Assembly: GCA_046597055.1 (NCBI GenBank)
Contig: JBKJLC010000046.1
Span: 1-18,923, forward strand
DNA: 18,923 nt
Direction of reading: 5' to 3'
Origin: Kofleriaceae bacterium
GTDB taxonomy: Bacteria > Myxococcota_A > Polyangia > Haliangiales > Haliangiaceae
In this document: piece after piece, positions 1-8,835 of the stretch
How positions within the stretch are numbered: the first letter of the stretch is position 1
Layout: each line of letters starts with the position of its first letter
Position numbers and translations under genes: made by a program
The notes under the pieces: model-generated
What the model saw: the letters and a program-made list of their open reading frames with translations, nothing else
What the model was told of the DNA's origin: nothing
Databases searched by the model: none

Positions 1-2
1 TC

Positions 3-1559
3 GTCGCCGCCATCACCGGGCTCCCGGCGATCGCTGCTGCCCAGTCCACCCTCACCCGCGAGAACGGCGCGCCGGTCGGTGACAACCAGAACTCGCAGAC
101 CGCCGGCGCCGCCGGCCCGGTCCTGCTCCAGGACGGTCACCTGGTCGAGAAGCTCGCCCGGTTCGATCGCGAGCGCATCCCGGAGCGGGTCGTCCACGCC
201 CGCGGCGCCGCCGCCCTGGGCAACTTCGAGAGCTATGGCGCCTTTGCTGACCTGACCCGGGCCGCGCCCTTCCAGAAGAAGGGCAAGAAGACGAAGGTGC
301 TGGTCCGGTTCTCGTCGGTCGTGCATCCGAGCGGCTCGCCCGAGACGCTGCGCGACCCGCGCGGCTTCGCGGTCAAGTTCTACACCGACCAGGGCAACTG
401 GGACCTGGTCGGCAACAACCTGCCGGTGTTCTTCATCCGCGACGCGATGAAGTTCCCCGACATGGTGCACGCGTTCAAGCCCTCGCCGCGCTCGAACCTC
501 CAGGATCCCAACCGGATCTTCGACTTCTTCGCGCACCTGCCCGAGAGCACGAACATGCTCACGTACCTCTACTCGGACCTGGGCACCCCGGCGAGCTACC
601 GGCAGATGGACGGCAATGGCGTCCACGCGTTCCGGCTGGTCAACGCCAAGGGCAAGGTGACCTACGCCAAGTTCCACTGGCGCTCGCTGCAGGGCATCAA
701 GACGCTGTCGGCCGCCGAGGTCGCCAAGGTCCAGTCGACCGACTTCAACCACCTCACCAACGACCTGTACCAGGCGCTCGACCGCAAGGACTTCCCGCGG
801 TGGGAGCTCGAGGTCCAGCTGCTCGATCCCGACCAGCTCGATGACCTCGACTTCAATCCGCTCGACGCCACCAAGGAGTGGATCCGCCTGCCAGGCCTCA
901 AGGTCGTGAAGCTGGGCCGGATGACGCTCGACGAGGTCCCCGCCAACTTCTTCGAGACCACCGAGCAGTCGGCGTTCGCGCCGTCGAACCTGATCGCGGG
1001 CATCGAGCCGTCCGAGGATCGCATGCTGCAGGGCCGGCTGTTCTCGTACGCCGACACCCAGCGCTACCGGCTCGGCATCAACCACCTGGCCCTGCCGGTC
1101 AACCGGCCGCTGGCGACGGTCGCCAGCCACCGGCAGGACGGCGCGCTCAGCAGCGCCGGCAAGCGCGGCGAGGTCAACTACCAGCCCAACGGCTTCGACG
1201 GGAACCCCGACCGCACCGAGGGCGTCTACCGCGAGGACGCCCGCTTCAAGGCAGCCCCGCAGGCGCTGTCGGGCGCGACCCAGCAGGCGATGATCGCGAA
1301 GACCGCCAACTTCGTGCAGGCCGGCGAGCGCTATCGTGAGCTGAAGGCCGACGAGCGCACCGCGCTGATCGCGAACTTCGCGGGCGATCTCGGCAAGGTC
1401 AAGAACCCCAAGGTCAAGCTGCAGATCGTGGCTCACACCTACGCCGCCGACCCGGAGTACGGTACGGCGCTGGCAAAGGCGGTCGGCGTGGATGTCGCCA
1501 AGGCCAAGGCGATCGCGGCGCGCCTCGACGACCGGGTTCGCGTCGGGAGCCGGCCGTGA
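3..1559 (+). CDS. katB: Monofunctional heme catalase, KatB-like, probably exported; 5' end lies outside the window
   Basis: The frame is open from position 3, upstream of the ORF-track start at 297: VAAITGLPAIAAA-QSTLTRENGAPVGDNQNSQTAG...FDRERIPERVVHARG (distal His). It also has RDPRGFAVKFYT, VGNN and the proximal heme-ligand motif RLFSYADTQ. The N-terminal residues look like the end of a signal peptide (AAA|Q). An ankyrin gene follows, as in the Pseudomonas katB-ankB operon. Confidence 0.93.
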   Translation, partial: VAAITGLPAIAAAQSTLTRENGAPVGDNQNSQTAGAAGPVLLQDGHLVEKLARFDRERIPERVVHARGAAALGNFESYGAFADLTRAAPFQKKGKKTKVLVRFSSVVHPSGSPETLRDPRGFAVKFYTDQGNWDLVGNNLPVFFIRDAMKFPDMVHAFKPSPRSNLQDPNRIFDFFAHLPESTNMLTYLYSDLGTPASYRQMDGNGVHAFRLVNAKGKVTYAKFHWRSLQGIKTLSAAEVAKVQSTDFNHLTNDLYQALDRKDFPRWELEVQLLDPDQLDDLDFNPLDATKEWIRLPGLKVVKLGRMTLDEVPANFFETTEQSAFAPSNLIAGIEPSEDRMLQGRLFSYADTQRYRLGINHLALPVNRPLATVASHRQDGALSSAGKRGEVNYQPNGFDGNPDRTEGVYREDARFKAAPQALSGATQQAMIAKTANFVQAGERYRELKADERTALIANFAGDLGKVKNPKVKLQIVAHTYAADPEYGTALAKAVGVDVAKAKAIAARLDDRVRVGSRP

Positions 1560-2119
1560 GCCGCGCCGCGGTCGCGGCGGTCGCGGTGTTCGCGCTCGTG
1601 CTGGCGGGTCGGGCCGAGGCCCGGCCGGCCGCGGACCCACCCGCGGCGACCTGGTTCGACGCGGCCCGTGCCGGCGACGTGGCCGGGCTGAAGCGACTCG
1701 TCCGCAAGCACCCGCGGCTCGCGGTCGACGCGACCGACGACGCCGGCTACAGCGCGCTCGTCCTCGCGGCCTATCACGATCGCACGGCGGTGGTCCGCTG
1801 GCTGCTCGGCCGCGGCGCCGACCCGTGCGTGAGCGACCGGCGCGGCTACACCGCGCTCATGGGCGCCGTGTTCCGGGGCCACGGCACCGTGGTTCGTGCG
1901 CTGGCCGCAGGCCCGTGCGGCGCCGATCACGTGACCGCGGTCGGGCAGACCCCGCTGATGCTGGCGGCCCTGTTCGGGCGGACCGAGCTGGTCAGCACGC
2001 TGCTGGCGGCCGGGGCCGATCCCCGGCGGACCGATGGCCGCGGCGGCAGCGCGCGCTCGCTGGCCGAGGGCCAGGGCCACGTCGAGATCGTCGCGCTGCT
2101 GGACGCCGCGACCCGCTAG
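1556..2119 (+). CDS. ankB: Exported ankyrin-repeat protein (AnkB-like catalase accessory)
   Basis: GTG start overlaps the catalase TGA (GTGA). It has a hydrophobic signal peptide ending AEA and ankyrin repeats GYSALVLAAY, GYTALMGAVF, GQTPLMLAAL. Confidence 0.85.
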   Translation: MSRAAVAAVAVFALVLAGRAEARPAADPPAATWFDAARAGDVAGLKRLVRKHPRLAVDATDDAGYSALVLAAYHDRTAVVRWLLGRGADPCVSDRRGYTALMGAVFRGHGTVVRALAAGPCGADHVTAVGQTPLMLAALFGRTELVSTLLAAGADPRRTDGRGGSARSLAEGQGHVEIVALLDAATR

Positions 2120-2128
2120 GTCGCGCGG

Positions 2129-2149
2129 CGATCCCGCCTGCTGGGATCG
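2129..2149 (+). terminator. Hairpin after ankB (possible terminator or RNA-stability stem, no U-tract)
   Basis: CGATCCC-gcctgct-GGGATCG is a perfect 7-bp inverted repeat about 10 nt after the ankB stop. Confidence 0.3.
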
Positions 2150-2241
2150 GCGGTGTCGCAACCTTGCCAGCGTGGTTCGCGGCGTTCGGCGACCGTGGAC
2201 GGTCACCGTGGGGTAGGTTCGGCGCCGTGGAGGGAGATCGC

Positions 2242-4092
2242 GTGAGCACGATGGATCAGCTCGTCGACGAGCTGGGCCCGCTGGCGCCGCCGCTGCGCGA
2301 GATCTCGCGCTACGTGCTGGTCGAGGAGGTCGGGGCCGGCGCGATGGGCGCCGTCTACAAGGCGCACGACCCCGACCTGGGCCGCATGGTCGCGATCAAG
2401 CTGGTGCACGCCGGCAGCTCGGGCGCGCGCTCGACCCGGCTCCTGCGCGAGGCCCAGGCGATCGCGCAGGTCGCGCATCCCAACATCGTCGCGATCCATG
2501 ACGTCGGCGTGGTCGGCGATCAGGTCTTCCTCACGATGGAGCTGGTCGATGGCCAGCGCCTGCGCGACTGGATGACGGCGGGCCCGCGCACGATGCGCGA
2601 GGTGGTCGACGTGTTCGCCCAGGCCGGCCGCGGCCTGGCCGCCGCGCACGATGCCGGGCTGGTCCATCGCGACTTCAAGCCGGAGAACGTGCTGATCGGC
2701 ACCGACGGTCGGGTCCGCGTGGTCGATTTCGGGCTGGTCCGCTGGGCCGAGGGCGACGATGCGCCCACCACCGGTGAGGCCGCGGTGCTCGCGCTCGACA
2801 CCAGCCTGACCCCGGTCGGCGCGTCGGTCGGCACGCCGCGCTACATGTCGCCCGAGCAGGTCAAGGCCAAGCCGGTCGGGCCGGCCGCCGATCAGTTCAG
2901 CTTCTGCGTGTGCCTGTACGAGGCGCTCGCCGGGCAGCGGCCGTTCTTCGGCGACAGCATGGCCGCGCTCATGCTCGCGGTGACCTCGGGCGAGATCCGG
3001 CCGTGGCCGGCGTCGTGCACCGCGCCGCGCTGGCTGCGCGCGCTGGTGATCCGCGGCCTGGCCCGCGAGCCGGCCCAGCGCTGGCCGTCGATGCACGCGC
3101 TGGTCGACGAGCTGACCCGCGGCCGCGAGGGCGATCGTCGCGCCGCGCTCGACGGCTCGGCGTCGATGGATCCGATGCTCGCCGCGTTCCCGCCGCCCGA
3201 CGATCTGTTCGTCGCCCGCCGGGTCGAGGAGCTGCGCGGGCAGCTCGAGAAGGCGTGGGCGCTCAAGAGCCGCGGCGCGCTGGCGCCCGCCTTGCGGATC
3301 GTCGCCGAGACCGGCCCCGAGATCGAGCGGCTCGGCTACCGGCCGCTGCGCGCCGCGCTGCTGTACCTGCGCGGCAACCTGCAGTACCGAACCGGCGATG
3401 CGGTCGCTGCCCGCGCGACCCTGCTCGAGGGGGCCCGCGAGGCGGCCCGCGCCGGCGACGACTGGCAGGTCGCCAACGCGTGGACGTTCCTGGTGCTGGT
3501 GGTGGGGCTCGGCCTGGGCCGGTTCGACGAGGCCGAGGGCGTGTTCGCCGCCGCCGAGGTCGCGCTCGAGCGGGTCGGCGAGAACGCGTCGTTGCGGTCG
3601 CGGCTGCTCAACAACTGGGGCGCGTGCTTGCTTGCCCGCGGCCGTGCGCTCGACGCCGCCGCCAGCTTCGCGCGCGCGGTCGAGCTCGACACCATCACCC
3701 ACGGCGCCGGCCACGGCTTCGTCGCGGTCTCGCTGCTGCACCTGGCCGAGGCGCTGATCGCGGCCCAGCGCCTGGCCGACGCCGCGGTCCACCTCGAGCG
3801 CGCGGTCGCGGTGTGCCAGCCCGACCGGCTGACGCCGAGCCCGACCCGGCTGCGGTGTTTCGGCCTGGTCGGCCGGCTGCGCATCGCCGAGGGCCGCCCC
3901 GCCGACGGGCTGGGGCCGCTCGAGCGGGCGATCGCCGGCTGGGAGCGGATGGCCGGTCGCGAGCGCGCGCTCGGCGAGACGCTCCGCGATCTGGCCACCG
4001 CCCGCCGCGCCCTCGGTCAGCACGCGCTCGCCGACGCCGCCGCGCAGCGCGCGGTCAAGCTGCTCGCGGTGGCCGCGCCGCGCACCGCGTAG
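2242..4092 (+). CDS. Hanks-type Ser/Thr protein kinase with C-terminal TPR-like helical repeats
   Basis: Kinase motifs are VGAGAMGAV, VAIK, HRDFKPEN, DFG, GTPRYMSPE and DQFSF. The C-terminal half has Ala/Leu-rich TPR-like helices (e.g. LLNNWGACLLARGR). Start is GTG 2242 after GGAGGGAG; in-frame GTG 2227 and ATG 2251 are alternatives. The ORF-track extension back to 1492 overlaps ankB and is not credible. Confidence 0.9.
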   Translation: MSTMDQLVDELGPLAPPLREISRYVLVEEVGAGAMGAVYKAHDPDLGRMVAIKLVHAGSSGARSTRLLREAQAIAQVAHPNIVAIHDVGVVGDQVFLTMELVDGQRLRDWMTAGPRTMREVVDVFAQAGRGLAAAHDAGLVHRDFKPENVLIGTDGRVRVVDFGLVRWAEGDDAPTTGEAAVLALDTSLTPVGASVGTPRYMSPEQVKAKPVGPAADQFSFCVCLYEALAGQRPFFGDSMAALMLAVTSGEIRPWPASCTAPRWLRALVIRGLAREPAQRWPSMHALVDELTRGREGDRRAALDGSASMDPMLAAFPPPDDLFVARRVEELRGQLEKAWALKSRGALAPALRIVAETGPEIERLGYRPLRAALLYLRGNLQYRTGDAVAARATLLEGAREAARAGDDWQVANAWTFLVLVVGLGLGRFDEAEGVFAAAEVALERVGENASLRSRLLNNWGACLLARGRALDAAASFARAVELDTITHGAGHGFVAVSLLHLAEALIAAQRLADAAVHLERAVAVCQPDRLTPSPTRLRCFGLVGRLRIAEGRPADGLGPLERAIAGWERMAGRERALGETLRDLATARRALGQHALADAAAQRAVKLLAVAAPRTA

Positions 4093-4101
4093 CCGTGGCG
4101 G

Positions 4102-4644
4102 TCAGCGCGGCTTGCAGCGCTGCCACCACGCGTCGATGGTGACCGTGCCGCCCGGTGCCAGCTTGCACTGCGCGGACAGCGAGCCGCCGCCGAGGTCGAG
4201 GCCCTCGGGCGCGCTGGCGGGCCGGCGCGGGTCGAGCTTCAGCTCGCACATCGATGGGTCGAGCCGGAGTGTCCGGTTGCCGGACGGCTCGGTCAGCTCG
4301 ACCACCGGCACGCCGCGGTCGTAGAAGATCCGGGCGACCGGCAGGCCGTCGTCGCGCCCGAGCTCGACCTCGGTGAGCACGCCCGGCGCCATGGTGCAGC
4401 CGAGCAGGACGTGGCGCCACGAGCCGAGCGGGCTGTTCTCGACGATGACCTGGCCGCGCGAGGTGCCCGCGTCGCACGCGCGGTAGCCGATCGCGATGCC
4501 CACCGCCGGCACGACCATCCCGGCGATCACCAGGACCACCGCCCACAGGACCTGGCTGCTGGGCGGCTGGTCGGGCCGGGCGTCGGCGCTGGCGGGTGGC
4601 TCAGCGGCGACCGGCGGGGTCGGCCCGTCGACGGCGCCGCTCAT
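4102..4644 (-). CDS. Hypothetical single-pass membrane protein with Cys-containing C-terminal domain (180 aa)
   Basis: ATG overlaps the glpK TGA (ATGA). It has a Pro-rich N-terminus, a TM segment VLWAVVLVIAGMVVPAVGIAIGY, and five Cys in the following beta-rich-looking domain. Confidence 0.7.
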   Translation of the reverse strand: MSGAVDGPTPPVAAEPPASADARPDQPPSSQVLWAVVLVIAGMVVPAVGIAIGYRACDAGTSRGQVIVENSPLGSWRHVLLGCTMAPGVLTEVELGRDDGLPVARIFYDRGVPVVELTEPSGNRTLRLDPSMCELKLDPRRPASAPEGLDLGGGSLSAQCKLAPGGTVTIDAWWQRCKPR

Positions 4645-6113
4645 GCCTTGGCCACCGCCTGGGCCCAGCGCGCCAGGTGGGCATCGACCGCGGCCTGATC
4701 GCCGCTCGGCTTGAACCGGCGCTGCTCGCGCCAGGTGCGCGCGATCGCGTCCTTCGAGGTCCACACCCCGGCGCCCAGGCCGGCGAGGAAGGCCGCGCCG
4801 AGCGCGGTGGTCTCGACCAGCTCGGGCCGGCTGATCTCGACGCCGAGCACGTCGGACTGGAACTGCATCAACAGATCGTTGTTGGCGGCGCCGCCGTCGA
4901 CCTTCAGCACCCGCAGCGCGCGGCCCGAGTCGGCCTCCATCGCGCGCAAAATGTCGACGTTCTGCAGCGCGATGCCCTCGAGCGTCGCGCGCGCGATGTG
5001 CGCGCGGGTGGTGCCGCGGGTCAGGCCGGTGATCACGCCGCGGGCCTCGGGCCGCCAGTGCGGCGCGCCCAGCCCGGTGAACGCGGGCACCACCACCACG
5101 CCGCCCGAGTCGGGCACCGAGGTCGCCAGCGCCTCGACCTCGGCCGCCGACGCGAAGAAGCCGAGGCCATCGCGCAGCCACTGCACCGCGGCGCCGGCGA
5201 TGAACGCGGAGCCCTCGAGCGCGTAGGCCAGCTCGCCGGGGATCTGCCAGGCGACCGTGGTGAGCAAGCCGGCGCGCGACGCGACCGGGACGCCGCCGGT
5301 GTTCATCAGGATGAAGGCGCCGGTGCCGTAGGTGCACTTGGCGTCGCCCGGCTCGAAGCAGGCCTGGCCGAACAGCGCCGACTGCTGGTCGCCGGCGATG
5401 CCCGCGATCGGGATGCCGTCGGCGAGCCCGGGCACGCCGCGGGTGACGCCGAAGGTCCCGGCCGACGGCGCCACCGACGGCAGCACCTCGCGTGGGACCT
5501 CGAACAGGCGCAGCAGCTCCTCGGACCAGTCGAGGCGGGCCAGGTCGAACACCAGCGTGCGCGACGCGTTGGTGACGTCGGTCGCGTGCACGGTGCCACC
5601 GGTCAGGCGGTGCAAGAGGAAGCTGTCGACCGTGCCGAACGCGAGCTCGCCGCGCTCGGCGCGCGCGCGCAACCCCGCGTGGTCGAGCATCCACGCGATC
5701 TTGGTCGCCGAGAAGTACGGATCGATGGTGAGGCCGGCGAGCTGGCGGACCCGGGCCTCGGTCCCGTCGGCCTTGAGCCGGGCGCAGGTGTCGGCGGTGC
5801 GCCGGTCCTGCCAGACGATCGCGCGGTGAGCGGGGCGTCCGGTCGCCCGCTCCCACAGGATCGCGGTCTCGCGCTGGTTGGTGATGCCGATCGCGGCGAC
5901 GTCGCCGGCGCCGAGCTTGGCCTGGGCCAGCGCCTGGCCGAGCGCGTCGGTGACCGAGGCCCAGATCTCCTCAGGATCGTGCTCGACCCAGCCCGGCTGC
6001 GGGTAGTGCTGGCGGAACTCGCGGTAGCCGCGGCCGCGGACCTGCAGCTCGTCGTCGAGGACGAGCACGGTGGTGCCGGTGGTGCCCTGATCGATCGCGA
6101 TGACGTTGCGCAT
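4641..6113 (-). CDS. glpK: Glycerol kinase (FGGY family), 490 aa
   Basis: Motifs MRNVIAIDQGTTGT, YPQPGWVEHDP, GITNQRET, WQDRRT, DPYFSATK, GDQQSALFGQ, KCTYGTG, PAFTGLGAPHW, VDGG and ETTALGAA. Confidence 0.96.
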   Translation of the reverse strand: MRNVIAIDQGTTGTTVLVLDDELQVRGRGYREFRQHYPQPGWVEHDPEEIWASVTDALGQALAQAKLGAGDVAAIGITNQRETAILWERATGRPAHRAIVWQDRRTADTCARLKADGTEARVRQLAGLTIDPYFSATKIAWMLDHAGLRARAERGELAFGTVDSFLLHRLTGGTVHATDVTNASRTLVFDLARLDWSEELLRLFEVPREVLPSVAPSAGTFGVTRGVPGLADGIPIAGIAGDQQSALFGQACFEPGDAKCTYGTGAFILMNTGGVPVASRAGLLTTVAWQIPGELAYALEGSAFIAGAAVQWLRDGLGFFASAAEVEALATSVPDSGGVVVVPAFTGLGAPHWRPEARGVITGLTRGTTRAHIARATLEGIALQNVDILRAMEADSGRALRVLKVDGGAANNDLLMQFQSDVLGVEISRPELVETTALGAAFLAGLGAGVWTSKDAIARTWREQRRFKPSGDQAAVDAHLARWAQAVAKA

Positions 6114-6130
6114 GATCTGGTCGGTCTGTA

Positions 6131-6886
6131 TCACGAGCGCAGGTGACGGGCGAAGCACGCCCCGACCTCGGCGGCGACGATGGTGCGCTCGACGTCGGTC
6201 GCGAGCAGGTGAAAGCTGTCCGGGAGGATGCGCACGCGGACGTCGGTGCTGCTGACTCGCTGGGCGATCCGCGCCGCCGACGCCAGCGGCGCCGTGTGGT
6301 CGCGGGCGCCGTGCAGCACGAGGAGCGGCGTTCGCACCTCCGGCAGCGCGGCGTCGACCACCTGCATGAAGTCGACGAGCTGACCGATCGCGCGCACGGG
6401 CATGCGCCGGTACGACGGGTTGTTCCGCCGCTCGCCCGCGTGGCGCACGTCGGAGCCGCCGAGCTTGGGCAGGTACCGGATCCGGCCGGCGAGCGCGCCG
6501 GTGGTGGTCGCGCGCGCGATGGTCCCGCCGAGGCCGTCGAGCCAGAGCGGCGCGGCCAGCGACGCGGTGGCGGCGACCGGGCGCCGGGTCGCCAGGTGCA
6601 GCGCGAGCAGCCCGCCGAGCGATTGACCGACCACGGCCACCCGCCGGCACCGGGCCGCCAGCTGGTCGTAGGCCTCGGCGACCGCCGCGGTCCATTCGGC
6701 CCAGCCGAGCGGCTCCAGCTCCTCGACCCGGGTGGCGTGCCCCGGGAGCGCGATGCCCTGGACCGTCATGCCGCGCTCGGCGAGCGAGCCGCCGAGGAAG
6801 CGCATGTCGTGCGGCGTGCCGGTAAAGCCATGGATACAGAGGACCCCGCGGTCGTCACCGGGGAGGTCGAACGGGGCGGAGCTCAC
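6131..6886 (-). CDS. Alpha/beta-hydrolase, Est30/monoacylglycerol lipase-like carboxylesterase
   Basis: HGFTG oxyanion motif, nucleophile elbow GQSLG, Asp in GARDHT and His in SFHLL; 251 aa; ends 17 bp upstream of glpK. Confidence 0.88.
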   Translation of the reverse strand: MSSAPFDLPGDDRGVLCIHGFTGTPHDMRFLGGSLAERGMTVQGIALPGHATRVEELEPLGWAEWTAAVAEAYDQLAARCRRVAVVGQSLGGLLALHLATRRPVAATASLAAPLWLDGLGGTIARATTTGALAGRIRYLPKLGGSDVRHAGERRNNPSYRRMPVRAIGQLVDFMQVVDAALPEVRTPLLVLHGARDHTAPLASAARIAQRVSSTDVRVRILPDSFHLLATDVERTIVAAEVGACFARHLRS

Positions 6887-6892
6887 CGGCGC

Positions 6893-6901
6893 ACCCTACC
6901 A
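6893..6901 (-). promoter_or_regulatory. Candidate extended -10 element for a leaderless esterase-glpK transcript
   Basis: The minus strand reads TGG-TAGGGT-gcgccg-GTG: TGn plus TAnnnT, 6 nt before the start codon, with no Shine-Dalgarno. Confidence 0.45.
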
Positions 6902-6930
6902 GGCCACGCGAGGTCGCATCCGTGCGCACA

Positions 6931-6969
6931 TTGACATGGCTGGAGAGGGGCGCTTAGATCCTGTAGAGT
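6931..6969 (+). promoter_or_regulatory. Candidate sigma70-type promoter for the FHA-GGDEF gene
   Basis: Perfect TTGACA at 6931-6936. The -10 candidates are imperfect: TTAGAT at 17-nt spacing, or TAGAGT at 6964-6969. Confidence 0.35.
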
Positions 6970-6986
6970 TATCGGCAGCTTCCGAA

Positions 6987-7869
<883 letters not shown>

Positions 7870-8077
7870 TGCGCCGCGTCTCGACGTAGCGGCAACGGTT
7901 CCACCGCGCCGCCGCTCGTCGCTCGCCGCCCGAGCGCCCGGCTCGCCAGCCGCACGAGCCGTGGTGGCGGCCCGAGTCACCGCACCCGGCACAGCGCCGT
8001 GCACATCGCGGCGGAGCGCCCCGCGGCGGTGCGCGCGGCGGCGAGCTCGCCGGGATCGCCGAGCATCGTCGCCGCTT

Positions 8078-8231
8078 CCGAGCGCCGGAGCGCCGAGCGC
8101 CGACCACAGAAGAGACGCAGTGGAAACCACGTCGCACGCCTGGGCTCGGCTGCGCCCCCACGGCGAAGAGCCGAGCTGCGCGCCGTCACCTCGGCCATCG
8201 GCACTCGGCACTCGTGGCTCGGACCTCGGAA
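8078..8231. repeat. Two short heptamer tandem tracts in inverted orientation
   Basis: About three CCGAGCG units at 8078-8103. Six (C/A)TCG-core heptamers at 8190-8231: ctcggcc atcggca ctcggca ctcgtgg ctcggac ctcggaa. CCGAG and CTCGG are reverse complements. Confidence 0.5.
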
Positions 8232-8266
8232 GCCAAGCCGGGCTCGCGAGTGACCAGCGTTCCGCG

Positions 8267-8599
8267 CCGTGCGCGCCGGGGCTCGCGCAGCCAGCCCGCG
8301 GTCGAAGCGCAGACCGTCGAAGTACAGGCAGGGCCACCGGACGTTCGTGTTGGATCTCGAGTTCTGCCCTCTGGATCCCACACATCTTCCCGGTGTCCGT
8401 GAGCCAGGGCGAGCGCACGCGAGCCCGCCGCCTCCGGGCAGCCCGTCGGAGCGACGTGCGGCACCTTGGCGCTCTGCCCTCTGCCCTCAGGATCCCGCAC
8501 ATCTTTCCCGGTGTCCGTGAGCCAGGGCGAGCGCACGCGAGCCCGCCGTCGAAGGGCAGCCCGTCGAAGATCACGTGCGGCCCCTTGGCGCTCTGCCCT
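8267..8599 (+). repeat. Tandem ~118-bp repeat (two near-identical copies) preceded by a degenerate partial copy
   Basis: Copies at 8364-8480 and 8481-8599 share CCCGGTGTCCGTGAGCCAGGGCGAGCGCACGCGAGCCCGCCG and CCTTGGCGCTCTGCCCT. A partial copy at ~8267-8322 reads GGGCTCGCGCAGCCAGCCCGCGGTCGAAGCGCAGACCGTCGAAG. Confidence 0.85.
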
Positions 8600-8741
8600 T
8601 CGACACGGCGCCTGCGGCGCCGGCTCAGGGCCACCGGGAAAGGGGAGCGCTTCCGATCACAGGAAGACTTGTGATCAATCCCGAGCTCTGCCCTTCGACA
8701 CGGCGCTTCGCGCCGGCTCAGGGCCACCGGGAACGGGAGCG
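8590..8741 (-). repeat. Two inverted palindromic REP-like units
   Basis: GCTCTGCCCTTCGACA-hairpin-GCTCAGGGCCACCGGGAA at 8590-8640 and 8685-8733. Internal hairpins are CGGCGCC-tgc-GGCGCCG and CGGCGC-ttc-GCGCCG. Each unit is the reverse complement of the core of the 118-bp unit. Confidence 0.85.
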
Positions 8742-8835
8742 ACTTCGATCCGATCGAGAGATGTGGTTGGAACGTGGGCGCGCCTTCGATCACATGGCGA
8801 GACGTGACGAGCGACCGCACGCGGCGCGGCCGTGC

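Noticed and set aside
1492..2226. N-terminal extension of the 866-aa kinase ORF
   Set aside because: Arg/Gly/Pro-rich off-frame translation overlapping ankB; stop codons are scarce in GC-rich DNA.
2203..4023. 606-aa antisense ORF, and similar long shadow ORFs (4596-6146, 10587-12278, 13048-14826, 14610-16073, 16682-18316)
   Set aside because: They lie antisense to well-supported genes and have no recognisable motifs; typical high-GC codon-bias artefacts.
7870..8260. c-di-GMP or other known riboswitch next to the cyclase gene
   Set aside because: The region lies 3' of two convergent genes, and I could not find the conserved GEMM-I/II motifs by eye; an Rfam scan would be needed.
8364..8741. 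CRISPR array
   Set aside because: Units are ~50-118 bp, tandem or inverted, with no series of unique equal-length spacers, and no cas genes are in the window.
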